Assembly (NCBI GenBank): GCA_963845535.1
Contig: CAWJSK010000015.1
Coordinates: 32,001 to 96,000 of the forward strand
Length of the DNA: 64,000 nucleotides
Direction: 5' to 3'
Origin: an uncultured Spirochaetota bacterium
GTDB lineage: Bacteria > Spirochaetota > Spirochaetia > SZUA-6 > Fen-1364
Shown: piece by piece, positions 12,233-21,553 of the stretch
Layout of the letters: the number at the start of each line of letters is the position of its first letter
Position numbering within the stretch: the first letter of the stretch is position 1
Translations under genes and position numbers: made by a program
Notes under the pieces: model-generated
What the model saw: only the letters and a program-made list of their open reading frames with translations
Database searches by the model: none
What the model was told of the DNA's origin: nothing

Positions 12233-13102
12233 ATGAAGGCGCGGCTGGCACTGATCGGCGGAAGCGGATTGTATTCGATGGAGGACATCAGGCCATTGGA
12301 AGAGCTTGAGGTGCCGACTCCCTGGGGGCTGCCCTCAGACAAGGTGACTATCGCCGACGTACACGGGGAGCCCGTTGCCTTTCTCCCCCGCCACGGCAGG
12401 GGACACAGGTACCTGCCCGCCGAGGTGCCCTCCCGGGCCAACATTTGGGCTCTCAAGTCACTTGGCGTCCAGCAGATCATCTCGGTCAGTGCCGTGGGCT
12501 CCCTTACGGAGAGCTTTGCCCCCGGGGACTTCGTACTCTGTGATGAGCTCGTGGACAAGACTTCCCGCACGCCGGGAAGCTTCTTTGGACAGGGCGTGGT
12601 GGGGCATGTCGGTTTTGCTGACCCTTTCTGCCCCGGGATGCGCGCGGCCATCGCCGGGGTGTTCCGTGGCCATGGCCATGCCCACCACAGCGCGGGCACC
12701 TACGTCTGCATGGAGGGGCCGTCGTTCTCCACGAGGGCCGAATCGAACCTCCACAAGTCCTGGGGGGCGCAGCTCATCGGGATGACGGCGGTTCCCGAGG
12801 CCAGGATGGCGCGCGAGGCGGAGATGTGCTACGCCACCATCGCCATGGTCACCGACTATGATTGCTGGAAAGCGGACCAGGAGAGCGTGAGCGTGGAGAT
12901 GGTGATCGAAACGATGAAGAGGAACACCGCCGCGGTCCAGCGGATGATCCCCGACATCGTTTCCGCCTTGAAGGGCCGGGATGACTGCGGCTGCCGTCAC
13001 GCGGCCAAAAACGCAATCATGACGGATCCTGCCCTGATCCCGTATGACGTGAAGCGGAAGCTCGCGCTTTTCTACGACCGATACTGGGCCCCCCAAGGAT
13101 GA
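12233..13102 (+). CDS. mtnP: S-methyl-5'-thioadenosine phosphorylase
   Basis: IGGSGLY, FLPRHG, ANIWALK, EGPSFSTRAES, VTDYDCW. Confidence 0.93.
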   Translation: MKARLALIGGSGLYSMEDIRPLEELEVPTPWGLPSDKVTIADVHGEPVAFLPRHGRGHRYLPAEVPSRANIWALKSLGVQQIISVSAVGSLTESFAPGDFVLCDELVDKTSRTPGSFFGQGVVGHVGFADPFCPGMRAAIAGVFRGHGHAHHSAGTYVCMEGPSFSTRAESNLHKSWGAQLIGMTAVPEARMAREAEMCYATIAMVTDYDCWKADQESVSVEMVIETMKRNTAAVQRMIPDIVSALKGRDDCGCRHAAKNAIMTDPALIPYDVKRKLALFYDRYWAPQG

Positions 13103-13109
13103 GCGCCGA

Positions 13110-13985
13110 GTGAAGTCCGCGGTGGTGGCCGTGGTCGGGAGACCTTCGGCGGGCAAATCGACTCTCGTGAACGCACTGTGCGGCGCCAAGGTGTCCATCG
13201 TCTCCCCTGTCCCGCAGACCACGCGCAACCGTGTCCGCGGGATTCTCAACGCTGAGGATGCCCAGCTCGTCTTCATCGACACCCCCGGATTCCATCTCTC
13301 CACGAAGAAGATCAACACGTACATGACGGGCATCGTCTCCTCCACTCTGGGGGAGGTCGACATCATCCTGTACGTCGTTGACGGCAGCAGGGCGAGCGGT
13401 GAAGAGGAAAAAGCCATCTCGGAGGCCGTCCGCGCGGCCCGCAAGCCGACCGTGATCTGCCTCAACAAAAAGGACGTCGCGGGCGAGGTGTGGGCGCAGG
13501 TCAGGGAAGGCGCCTGCGGCTTTCTGCCCGACGCCGCGCCATTCGAAGTCTCCGCCAGCGCGGGGACGGGGCTCGAGGCGCTGCGGGAGAAGCTGATCCA
13601 GCTCAGCCCTGACGGGGAGCAGATGTACCCTCCGGACTACTACACCGACCAGACACCCGAGTTTCGCATCTCGGAGATCGTACGGGAAAAGGTGACCCTC
13701 GGCACCCGTGAGGAGGTCCCTCATTCGGTCTACGTGCGCATCGAAGACGTGGAAATGCATGATGAAGGGGAAACGCTGTGGGCGCGCGGGTTCATATGCG
13801 TGGAGAGGGAGTCCCAGAAAGGGATCATCGTCGGCCGGGCCGGGGACAAGATCCGCCAGATCGTCCGCGACTCGGAGGCGGAGCTGTCTGAGATCTTCCC
13901 CTGGAGGGTCAAGCTCGACCTGCGCGTGAAGGTTGACCGCGAGTGGCGAAAACGTGATCCACTTCTGAAGAAGATGATCAGGTAG
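13110..13985 (+). CDS. era: GTPase Era
   Basis: GRPSAGKS, PQTTR, DTPG, NKKD, C-terminal KH domain. Confidence 0.95.
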   Translation: MKSAVVAVVGRPSAGKSTLVNALCGAKVSIVSPVPQTTRNRVRGILNAEDAQLVFIDTPGFHLSTKKINTYMTGIVSSTLGEVDIILYVVDGSRASGEEEKAISEAVRAARKPTVICLNKKDVAGEVWAQVREGACGFLPDAAPFEVSASAGTGLEALREKLIQLSPDGEQMYPPDYYTDQTPEFRISEIVREKVTLGTREEVPHSVYVRIEDVEMHDEGETLWARGFICVERESQKGIIVGRAGDKIRQIVRDSEAELSEIFPWRVKLDLRVKVDREWRKRDPLLKKMIR

Positions 13986-14023
13986 AAGGCTTCACGAGGT
14001 CAGGGAGCGAGGGGGGAGAGCGC

Positions 14024-15883
14024 CTATGACCTTTCTCGGACCGCCAGCACGCGAAGCACAATGACCTGCGTCCGGGCCGTCTGGGGGTTGGCAACGCGAA
14101 CAACGAGGGTGGGGGAGTTGCCGGCTCGATGACGGCACGCTCAGGACCTTGTCTCCCGCCGAGGTGGACACCGAAAGGGATTGGCCGGTCACGGTGACCT
14201 TGAGCTTCAGCTCGCCGCCGTCCGCCGTCACCGGAATGTCCGCTGCTATCGATGAATCTCCCTGCCACTGAAGCCTGATGGTGGCCGCCCGAGAGGAATC
14301 CGGGGAGAGCTCCACCGTGTACGACACGGGTCCCTTGGCGAGGTTGACTCCCGCAAATACAAGTGCGCTGTCCGGCGCAAGCGTCAGCGCTCCCGGGGTG
14401 TTGGCGGCTTTTCCCTCGGTCGTCATGCCGGCGGGAAGATTCGCCGTTTCGAATCCGTACGCAAGCACCAGGTCTCTCCCGTATTTGCGCTGCGCCGTCC
14501 TCAAGTACTGCGCAGGGTCCGCGGAGGGTCTCCCCTGGTCGTCACGGTAGTAGACCCCGAGCTCATCGATGACCCCGGAAAAGCCGTTCGGTCCGCCAAT
14601 GACGGTCGTGCCGTCCTGCCGGAGCATGGGGGAGGTGAAAGACGCCGTGCGCGTCGACATGAGCTCACCGTTCAGGAACCACAGCGCGGTGAGGGTCTGT
14701 CCTTGCGGGATGACGCTCAGGGACAGGAGGTACCTCTGGCCGGTGAGCAGGCCCACTCCTGACCAGGGGATCGTGATGGACTGGCCCGCGGCCTGAATGA
14801 CAGCCAGCGGCGCGTGGGTCGTTGCATCCACGGAAACCGTGAAGGTGAAGTTGCCGTCCGAGGTGGAAGCCACCAGCAGGACGTTCGAAGCGGAGAAGCT
14901 GTCGAAGTTGATTCCAAAGCTCACGGTGAACGGGTTCAGCGTGCTTCCGTCAACGGGAAGCGCGAACCAGGGGAGGGAGAACCCCCGCGCCGCCCGGCAA
15001 GTCGATAGCCGAAACCGTTCTCCGTGGAGACGATCTCCGGCGAGCCTATGGTGGCGGTGGCAGAAGTCTTTCCCAGTCTCCTGGCGCCGGCGCCGGAATC
15101 ATCCAGCGTGCCCTGGAGGCGCAGCAGCGTGAGGTAGGAGTCCGCGGACCCGAGGTCACCGCTTCCGGACGTGTTTCCCGTGGATACGTAGACTTCCGTG
15201 GAAAGCGAGAGGGACGACGAGAAGGAGTAGTCAGCGTCCGGGGCGGGAGCCGCGGGGAACATCTCCAGCGTTATGGTATAGACTCCCTCCTCCGCGGGGA
15301 CCGTCCAAAGGACTTTCCCGAGGCCCTGGCTCAGGGCGCCTTTCTGGATCACTTTTCCCTTGTATGACCAGCGCAACCAGGGGTCCGAGCCATCGGGATA
15401 CTGCAGGTCCGCTTTCAGGAGGACCTTCCCTGATGATCCGATCACAGGCGGATAGCTCTTGATGCCGGCGATTTTCCAGCTTCCCGTGGCGACAAAGAAG
15501 CTTGCGCTTTTTTTCTGGGACACCTCGCCGGATGAATAGATCACGAGATCCATCCTGTACTGTCCGGGCGGCAGAGAAGGGGGCTGAATGTAGAGTTGCT
15601 CGTTCACCGCGGGCACGTTCTGGCGGCTGTGCCACACGCTTGCCCCGCCGGGGGCGCTGAGGGTCACCTCCATCTCGAGGTCTTTTGCCTTGGAAGGATC
15701 CTGAACCGAGACCGTCAACGGGATTCCCTTGCCGTCCGTGAGGACCTGGCCGTCAACAACCGTGGCTGCCTGGAGGTCCGGGACGGTGTTGTTCAGGGAC
15801 ATGAAAAGCGATTGATCCCCGCATGAGGTTATCAGTCCCAGGAACATGAGTAGCGCAACTTTTTGGCCAATTTTGGGGATCAT
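14024..15883 (-). CDS. Large lipoprotein with LamG/ConA-like region, split by apparent frameshifts near 14990 and 14122
   Basis: Lipobox LITSC; the frames join into one protein if extra G/C bases are removed; GFSGVIDEL LamG-like motif. Confidence 0.6.
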
Positions 15884-15915
15884 CTAGGTCTAATATACCA
15901 CGAAGGGGTCCCAAA

Positions 15916-16236
15916 TCAAGGCTTGCCGGCGAGGTGCAAGACTTCGATCTCCACGTCCCCGTAGACGTAGCTCTGGCAGGCCAACCTGATGTCCGGACCC
16001 GACGGCTCTCCCCGGGCCGCAAGCTGAGCCAGCAGCCTGGTCTCCCGGTCCTTGCGCTGGCTGAAGAACTTCTGCCCTGACGTGATCCGGATGATGTCCC
16101 GCCCGCACTCGACTTTCCCGCCGCAGATGGTCTGGATGGGAAAGCCGTTTCGAAGAAGGATGTTGAGGATGGACGTTGTCAGGTTGCCCTCGAAGACATG
16201 GGATGTGCCATGGATGCTGATTTTGGGGGCTTTCAT
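15916..16236 (-). CDS. 2Fe-2S ferredoxin-like protein
   Basis: CGGKVECGRD...RLACQ (third Cys replaced by Asp). Confidence 0.8.
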   Translation of the reverse strand: MKAPKISIHGTSHVFEGNLTTSILNILLRNGFPIQTICGGKVECGRDIIRITSGQKFFSQRKDRETRLLAQLAARGEPSGPDIRLACQSYVYGDVEIEVLHLAGKP

Positions 16237-16269
16237 AGCGCCGACTCCTCTGTTTACAGGTCCCTCGAT

Positions 16270-16941
16270 CTAGAGGTCCCTTGACGGGCATAGATCGCGC
16301 ACAGGGCAGCCTGCGTGATCTGGCTTTCGGGCGGCGCAGCATTTGCGCCCATGAAAAGTGACGGCGTGGGAAAAGGCCGTCCAATCCTTGCGGGGCAGGA
16401 GGCCTGCAATGTCCTCTTCGATGCGGTCCGGGTCATCGTTCTCCGTCAGCCCGAGGCGCTGGGTCACGCGTCGGAAATGGGTGTCAACCACGATTGCTGG
16501 AACGCCGAAGCATGTCCCAAGGACCACGTTGGCGGTCTTTCTTCCCACGCCCGGGAGAGTGACAAGGTCTTCCATGCGGTCAGGGAAGCCTTTGGCAAAA
16601 TCCCTGGCAAGGGCAGCCGATGCTCCCTTGATGCTTTTCGCCTTGTTATGGAAGAAACCCGTCGAACGAATCAGGATTTCCAGCTCTCCCACGTCCGCCT
16701 CCGCCATGGCCGCGGGAGTTGGGAAGCGCTTGAAAAGCGAAGGGGTCACCTTGTTCACGCGCTCATCCGTGCACTGCGCCGCCAGGATGGTGGCAACGAG
16801 AAGCTGAAAGGCGTCCGCGTGGTCCAGCATGCACCGCGCGTCCGGATACGCCTTGATGAGCGCGCGGGCGATCTTTGCAGCTCGCGCCGCTCGCGTTGCG
16901 CGGGCCTCTTCAGGCGCGCTTGCGGGCCGTGAAGTACGCAT
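16270..16941 (-). CDS. nth: Endonuclease III
   Basis: AQCTDERVN, LPGVGRKTANVV HhH motif, VDTH, C-terminal Cys cluster. Confidence 0.95.
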   Translation of the reverse strand: MRTSRPASAPEEARATRAARAAKIARALIKAYPDARCMLDHADAFQLLVATILAAQCTDERVNKVTPSLFKRFPTPAAMAEADVGELEILIRSTGFFHNKAKSIKGASAALARDFAKGFPDRMEDLVTLPGVGRKTANVVLGTCFGVPAIVVDTHFRRVTQRLGLTENDDPDRIEEDIAGLLPRKDWTAFSHAVTFHGRKCCAARKPDHAGCPVRDLCPSRDL

Positions 16942-17034
16942 CCGCTTCCTCCGTGGTCAGGCAATTTCGTTGAGGGCCTGGGCAATGCCGCCGTTATTCA
17001 TCGCTCTGTGCAGAATCTATAGTATATTCTCGCC

Positions 17035-17496
17035 ATGATCCACGCCATGTACCAACTCCTGGGTCGGCTCGGTTACAACCACCCAGTACACCCTTTGCTC
17101 GTTCACGTCACAATCGGGCTCACCGTGGGCGCGTTTGCCTTTGGCCTCGTCTCCGTCATTTTCCGACGGCCGCGGTTGAAGCTCACGGCTTGGCACACCG
17201 CCGTGCTTGCCACCGTCAGCGTCATCCCCACAGCATTCCTTGGTTACGGGGACTGGCAGGAGAGGATGCATGGTCAGCCAATGACCGTGATCACCATCAA
17301 GATCATTCTCGCCATATCCCTGTTCGTGGTCTTGTTCATTTCCCTGTTCTTCGGCAGGGTGCGCGGCGGGGAGACGGATGACCCGAAGGCGCGAGTCTGG
17401 CGTGACGCACGATCCATTGTCGCGCTGTGCCTCTACGGCGTGTGCTTCGGCCTGGTCACGGCGCTGGGCTACTTCGGCGGGTCGCTGGTGTATTGA
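17035..17496 (+). CDS. DUF2231-like membrane protein
   Basis: HPVHPLLVH N-terminus, four TM segments, GYFGGSLVY C-terminus. Confidence 0.75.
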   Translation: MIHAMYQLLGRLGYNHPVHPLLVHVTIGLTVGAFAFGLVSVIFRRPRLKLTAWHTAVLATVSVIPTAFLGYGDWQERMHGQPMTVITIKIILAISLFVVLFISLFFGRVRGGETDDPKARVWRDARSIVALCLYGVCFGLVTALGYFGGSLVY

Positions 17497-17566
17497 CAAG
17501 GCCCTGATTCTGCAATTCAATTCGCATCTCTCATAAATATTCCGCGTGAGCAGACTGGACAGATCT

Positions 17567-18049
17567 ATGACGGGTGATTCGCAAGGGAGGGTCAATCTGA
17601 AAAGTCAGGAGTCCCGACGCCGGCTTATCCACAATATCCTGCATGGGGAGAAGATCCACAGCCAGGAGGAGCTCCTCAAGCGTTTGGAAAAGGAAGGCGT
17701 CGAAGTGACGCAAGCCACCCTGTCGCGTGACCTGAAGTTTCTGGGCGTGGCCCGAGTCCCTGACCAGACCGGGGAATACGTTTACACGGTTGATCCGCCG
17801 GCGGAGTTCACCCCTGATCCATTCGTGCGCGACGACATGAGGCGCCAGATCGTCAGCATCGATTTTTCCGCCAACCTCGCTGTCATCAAGACCAAGATGG
17901 GACATGCCCCAGGAATTGCCTTCGGGATCGATCAACTCAAGATCAAGGACGTCATAGGAACGGTCGGCGGGGATGACACACTGCTCGTTGTGCTTCGGGA
18001 AGGCACGGACAGGGCCAAGTTCCTCAAGGAGCTCATGGGAGAAGGGTAA
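17567..18049 (+). CDS. argR: Arginine repressor
   Basis: SQEEL, VTQATLSRDL, GTVGGDDT. Confidence 0.93.
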   Translation: MTGDSQGRVNLKSQESRRRLIHNILHGEKIHSQEELLKRLEKEGVEVTQATLSRDLKFLGVARVPDQTGEYVYTVDPPAEFTPDPFVRDDMRRQIVSIDFSANLAVIKTKMGHAPGIAFGIDQLKIKDVIGTVGGDDTLLVVLREGTDRAKFLKELMGEG

Positions 18050-18209
18050 GCAGTTCCGGCCCGCCGGAAGCGCGCCGGGAACGATGGCAACGCTCGCGCG
18101 TCTTGACCGGTGCAGGGGAATGACGTACGTTTCCACGGAATACCGTACCACGGGCTCCCGCGGTTTGCTGCGCAAACCGCTGCCGCCCTCCGCGTGGAGT
18201 ACCACGCTA

Positions 18210-18282
18210 CGGGATGTAGCCTAGCGGCTAAGGCGCCTGCTTTGGGAGCAGGAGAGCGGTGGTTCGAATCCACTCATCCCGA
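18210..18282 (+). tRNA. tRNA-Pro(UGG)
   Basis: Cloverleaf: CGGGATG/CATCCCG acceptor stem, CCTGC-TTTGGGA-GCAGG anticodon arm, GTTCGAATC T loop. Confidence 0.95.
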
Positions 18283-18359
18283 AAGAATCTATGGAACCGA
18301 CTAGGGTTCGTGCGTAGCACTGGTTTATCGCATCGAAAACGACCGACGGTGGTGAAACC

Positions 18360-18662
18360 ATGCAAAGCGCAAAATCAGGCATGGTTGACAAATCGTTAGG
18401 GTGGACATATTCTTTGTTTGCACCGATATTCAGAACGAAGGCACTGAAGGGGGTAGCTTTGGGCGGCTCGGATTTCCTTTTTATCCGACCATCATTTCTC
18501 AACGGCATGGCAAAGGCTATAGACGTCACGGCAAGCATGGACGACTACAATATTAGTCCAACACCGGAGGAGGCTGACGCTCGAGCTCTTCACGCGGACT
18601 GGCAGGAGATCGGCCGCGACCTTAAAATTGTACTAGAAAAAGTCACCAGGGCTCACGAATGA
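18360..18662 (+). CDS. Conserved hypothetical protein (partner of the DUF2335 gene)
   Basis: SDFLFIRPSFLNGMA...ADARALHADWQEIGRDL; start uncertain. Confidence 0.6.
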   Translation: MQSAKSGMVDKSLGWTYSLFAPIFRTKALKGVALGGSDFLFIRPSFLNGMAKAIDVTASMDDYNISPTPEEADARALHADWQEIGRDLKIVLEKVTRAHE

Positions 18663-18675
18663 CAGTCCGGCGGTA

Positions 18676-19137
18676 ATGTCTCACGGCAGTAGGGCCCGGA
18701 GAAGAGCCTTAAGAATGTCCCAAGACCTTCCCAACGGACAAATGCCGCAAGCAAGTCAGATCCGGCAGGTTGCCCAAACCATAATCCGTCAGGAACTCTA
18801 CCAAGGGCCCATGCCTCACCCGGACATTTTGGCGAAGTACGAAACGCTTTGCCCTGGCACGGCAAAGAGGCTCTTCGACCAACTCCAGGAACAGACGCAC
18901 CACCGGATGAGCATGGAGAAAACCGTAATTACGGCAAACGTGCGAAGCTCGCGGTTGGGTCAGTGGATGGGATTCACGATCTGCATGACTGCTCTGGTTG
19001 GGGGCGGCGTGATGGCTGCATTTGGTATAGACACCGCCGGGCTGATACTTGCGGTGGGCGGCTTGGTTTCCCTTGTGGCAGTCTTCATGGCTGGAAGGCT
19101 CACCGGTCAAAAAGAACTGCGCGCGAAGCGCCAGTAG
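18676..19137 (+). CDS. DUF2335 family membrane protein
   Basis: YQGPMPHPDILAKYE..PGTAKR...EQTHHRM followed by two TM helices. Confidence 0.8.
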   Translation: MSHGSRARRRALRMSQDLPNGQMPQASQIRQVAQTIIRQELYQGPMPHPDILAKYETLCPGTAKRLFDQLQEQTHHRMSMEKTVITANVRSSRLGQWMGFTICMTALVGGGVMAAFGIDTAGLILAVGGLVSLVAVFMAGRLTGQKELRAKRQ

Positions 19138-19175
19138 AAGCGTCCGGCCGGGACGAGCCAACGAATAATCAACCA

Positions 19176-19194
19176 AATCCACTTATTCCCGAAA
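19176..19194 (+). repeat. Degenerate copy of the tRNA-Pro 3' end (att-like)
   Basis: AATCCACTTATTCCCGAAA versus AATCCACTCATCCCGAAA at 18267-18284. Confidence 0.55.
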
Positions 19195-19202
19195 TCTTTC
19201 CC

Positions 19203-19379
19203 CTACTTTTGGGCAGCCAGGAACGCCTCCACCTCAGCCGCCTTGATGAACCCCAGCGCAACCGCTATGTCACCGAAGTGCCGCTTGTCGCCCGAGGCCT
19301 TTGCGCGTGCGACCTCGTCCACCTGGGACTGATTCATTGAGCCCATCCTGATCGTGAAGTCACCTATTCGCTCTGGCAT
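19203..19379 (-). CDS. Small stand-alone MshEN-like protein
   Basis: Two tandem motifs RIGDFTIRMGSM.. and HFGDIAVALGFI..LAAQ resembling RLGxxLxxxGxI. Confidence 0.6.
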   Translation of the reverse strand: MPERIGDFTIRMGSMNQSQVDEVARAKASGDKRHFGDIAVALGFIKAAEVEAFLAAQK

Positions 19380-19743
19380 AGCGGAAGTATAGGCGGGGAA
19401 GCGGCACGTCGCAAGCCGAGAATGCAGCTGCTGCCTCATGGTGACAAAACCCCCGCCGCCCCCGTGTTGCGGTCCTTCTCGCTCTCCGCGCAGCTTCGAA
19501 CCTTAGAAAGAAGTCGGTCCTATTTGTCTCTCTCGGCCCAGTGGCCCGGCAATACTTTCCAGAGGCTGTACGCGGCCGCCGAGAACGCCTGATGAAACGG
19601 CGGCAGGAACTACCTCGAGCTGCAGGACGCCCAGAACAAGCTCAGTAGCAAGCCGAATAGGCCCCAGTACGATTGACATCGCGTGATTTGGATTGATACC
19701 TTTACTCCGTTGTAGAGGGGATGGTTCGGGTCCGTCTTTGTCT

Positions 19744-19817
19744 GCGTCTATAGCTCAGCTGGATAGAGCAACAGCCTTCTAAGCTGTGGGTCGCCCGTTC
19801 GAATCGGGCTAGACGCA
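19744..19817 (+). tRNA. tRNA-Arg(UCU)
   Basis: GCGTCTA/TAGACGC acceptor stem, ACAGC-CTTCTAA-GCTGT anticodon arm, GTTCGAATC T loop. Confidence 0.96.
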
Positions 19818-19860
19818 CTTAAGTATTTAGATATAATAAAAAGAATTAGAAGGGCGGAGC

Positions 19861-19942
19861 GAAATCCGGCGAGCTCCCGCGCTACTACAGCCACAGCCTG
19901 TTTGTTGGTCTTACCCTGAGCACGATTTTGAAGTACTTCTTG
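19861..19942 (-). pseudogene. IS110-family transposase C-terminal remnant
   Basis: KKYFKIVLR / GKTNKQAVAVVARELAGF across one frameshift resembles the IS110 ARELAGF tail. Confidence 0.5.
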
Positions 19943-20131
19943 ACGGGCTTCCAACAGTCTTGTTCCAGCGCAGAGAGTTACGGGATTGGCTGACCGGTTC
20001 CTCCAGTCCTCCGCCCACACCATCCCCCAACCTTCTCCTCCGGCAGCGCCACCTGTCACATTGTCCTGACCTTGCGCGTCATAAGAGTGAGGGCAACGAG
20101 TGAATGAAAGTCGCCCGACGATGGAGGTACC

Positions 20132-20515
20132 ATGACCCAAATGATGAGGGTGGTATATATACACCAGTTTGTAAGCAGCCAAGACAAGGCGCTCGATTTC
20201 TACACAAGAGCGCTTGGCTTCGAGAAGCGCACTGACAGCCCGACACCCGACGGACCGTGATTCCTCACCGTCGCGGCCAAAGGCCAGGACTTTGAGCTTG
20301 TACTCTGGACGGGGAAGCCTGGGGAGGCTCAGCCGGTCTTCGGCCGCATCCCCACGTCGGTCACAATCGAGACCCCGGATTGCCGAAGGACGTTCGAAGA
20401 GCTGAAATCGCGCGGCGTGAGTTTTGAGACGGAGGTGCTTGAGATGCCTTTTGGCTGGGTTGCGGTGTTTTTAGATCCGGACGGCAATCGGTTGCAGTTG
20501 CGGCAAGGCCGCTAG
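20132..20515 (+). pseudogene. VOC/glyoxalase family gene with in-frame TGA at 20258
   Basis: QDKALDFYTRALGFEKR..GP*FLTV..MPFGWVAVFLDPDGNRLQL; GGAGG RBS; not in the ORF track. Confidence 0.8.
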
Positions 20516-20547
20516 GCCGCTGGGGTGCGCCCAAGGGAAGGCGGGTT

Positions 20548-21453
20548 GTGCAAGGATTTGACGACGAATGGCTTGCGAAGCGTTTTCAAGAGCAAAGGCC
20601 CAGGCTGAAGTCCGTGGCCCAGAGGATGCTAGGATCATCGGCCGAGGCAGAGGACGCCGTACAGGAGGCCTGGTTGAGGCTGTCGAGGGCCGACTCGTCT
20701 TCCATCGACAACCTGGGAGCCTGGCTCACTACAGTGGTGGCAAGGGTGAGTCTGGACCAGCTGAGGCGTCGCAAAGTCAGGGGGGAAGAAGAACAACTGG
20801 ATGAGGAGGCTCTGGTTCCGGCAGCTTTGGAGAACTCCGTGGAGCCGGACCACGAGCTTCTCCTCGCCGAGTCGGTGGAGCAGGCCATGATCTTGGTGTT
20901 GGACCGCCTGGCCCCGGCCGAACGGGTAGCCTATGTTCTTCATGACCTTTTTGACCTCCCCTTTGGCGACATCGCGAGCATTTTGGAACGCAGCGAAGAG
21001 AGCGCCCGCCAGCTGGCCAGCCGCGCACGGAGGCGCGTGAGGATCGCCAGGGAAAGCGGCCAGGTCCACAATCGCAACAACAGGCAGGTCGTCGAGGCAT
21101 TCCTGGCCGCTTCGCGCCTGGGTGACTTTTCGGCGTTGCTGAGATTGCTGGATCCTCAGGTGGTTCTGAAGGCCGATGCCATCGCCGTTCAGATCGCTGC
21201 ATCAAATCGGGCCAAAGGCGCACCTTTGTTTGAGCCTGAAGTGAAAGGACCAGAGCACGTTGCGAAGGCCTTTAGCGGAAGGGCCCGGGGAGCGCGCTTG
21301 GCGATGGTGGCCGGTGAAGTCGGCGCGGTCTGGTTTGACGAAGTTGTGCGGGCGGTTTTCATCTATAAGGTTAAGACAGGCCTGGTCCAGGAAATCGAAA
21401 TAGTGATGGAACCGGGCCGATTGCAGGCCATGAGCATCAGCTTGTTGGAATAG
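20548..21453 (+). CDS. ECF sigma-70 factor with SnoaL-like C-terminal extension
   Basis: AEDAVQEAWLRL, LAPAERVAYVLHDLF, RQLASRARRRV, LLDPQVVL. Confidence 0.9.
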   Translation: MQGFDDEWLAKRFQEQRPRLKSVAQRMLGSSAEAEDAVQEAWLRLSRADSSSIDNLGAWLTTVVARVSLDQLRRRKVRGEEEQLDEEALVPAALENSVEPDHELLLAESVEQAMILVLDRLAPAERVAYVLHDLFDLPFGDIASILERSEESARQLASRARRRVRIARESGQVHNRNNRQVVEAFLAASRLGDFSALLRLLDPQVVLKADAIAVQIAASNRAKGAPLFEPEVKGPEHVAKAFSGRARGARLAMVAGEVGAVWFDEVVRAVFIYKVKTGLVQEIEIVMEPGRLQAMSISLLE

Positions 21454-21500
21454 CCCGCTCTGGAGCCGTCTCGCTTCATAGGAGGACCACTTTCAGAATC

Positions 21501-21542
21501 CCTTCCAAGCTGTGGGTCGCCCGCTCGAATCGGGCTGGACGC
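21501..21542 (+). repeat. Copy 2 of the tRNA-Arg 3' half (att-like)
   Basis: 39/42 identical to 19775-19816. Confidence 0.9.
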
Positions 21543-21553
21543 GGCGGGGTGGC

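Noticed and set aside
17500..17545. ARG boxes upstream of argR
   Set aside because: AT-rich but a poor match to the TGAAT-N4-ATTCA consensus
19590..19645. CTGATGA as a hammerhead ribozyme core
   Set aside because: No properly placed GAAA or flanking stems; the adjacent sequence reads like a protein remnant (NYLELQDAQNKL)
19748..20182. 144-aa minus-strand ORF
   Set aside because: Overlaps tRNA-Arg and the VOC gene start; only a short IS110-like stretch is meaningful
20258..20260. In-frame TGA in the VOC gene as selenocysteine
   Set aside because: The position is not a Cys or redox site (Arg expected) and no convincing SECIS follows; the island's redox genes all use Cys
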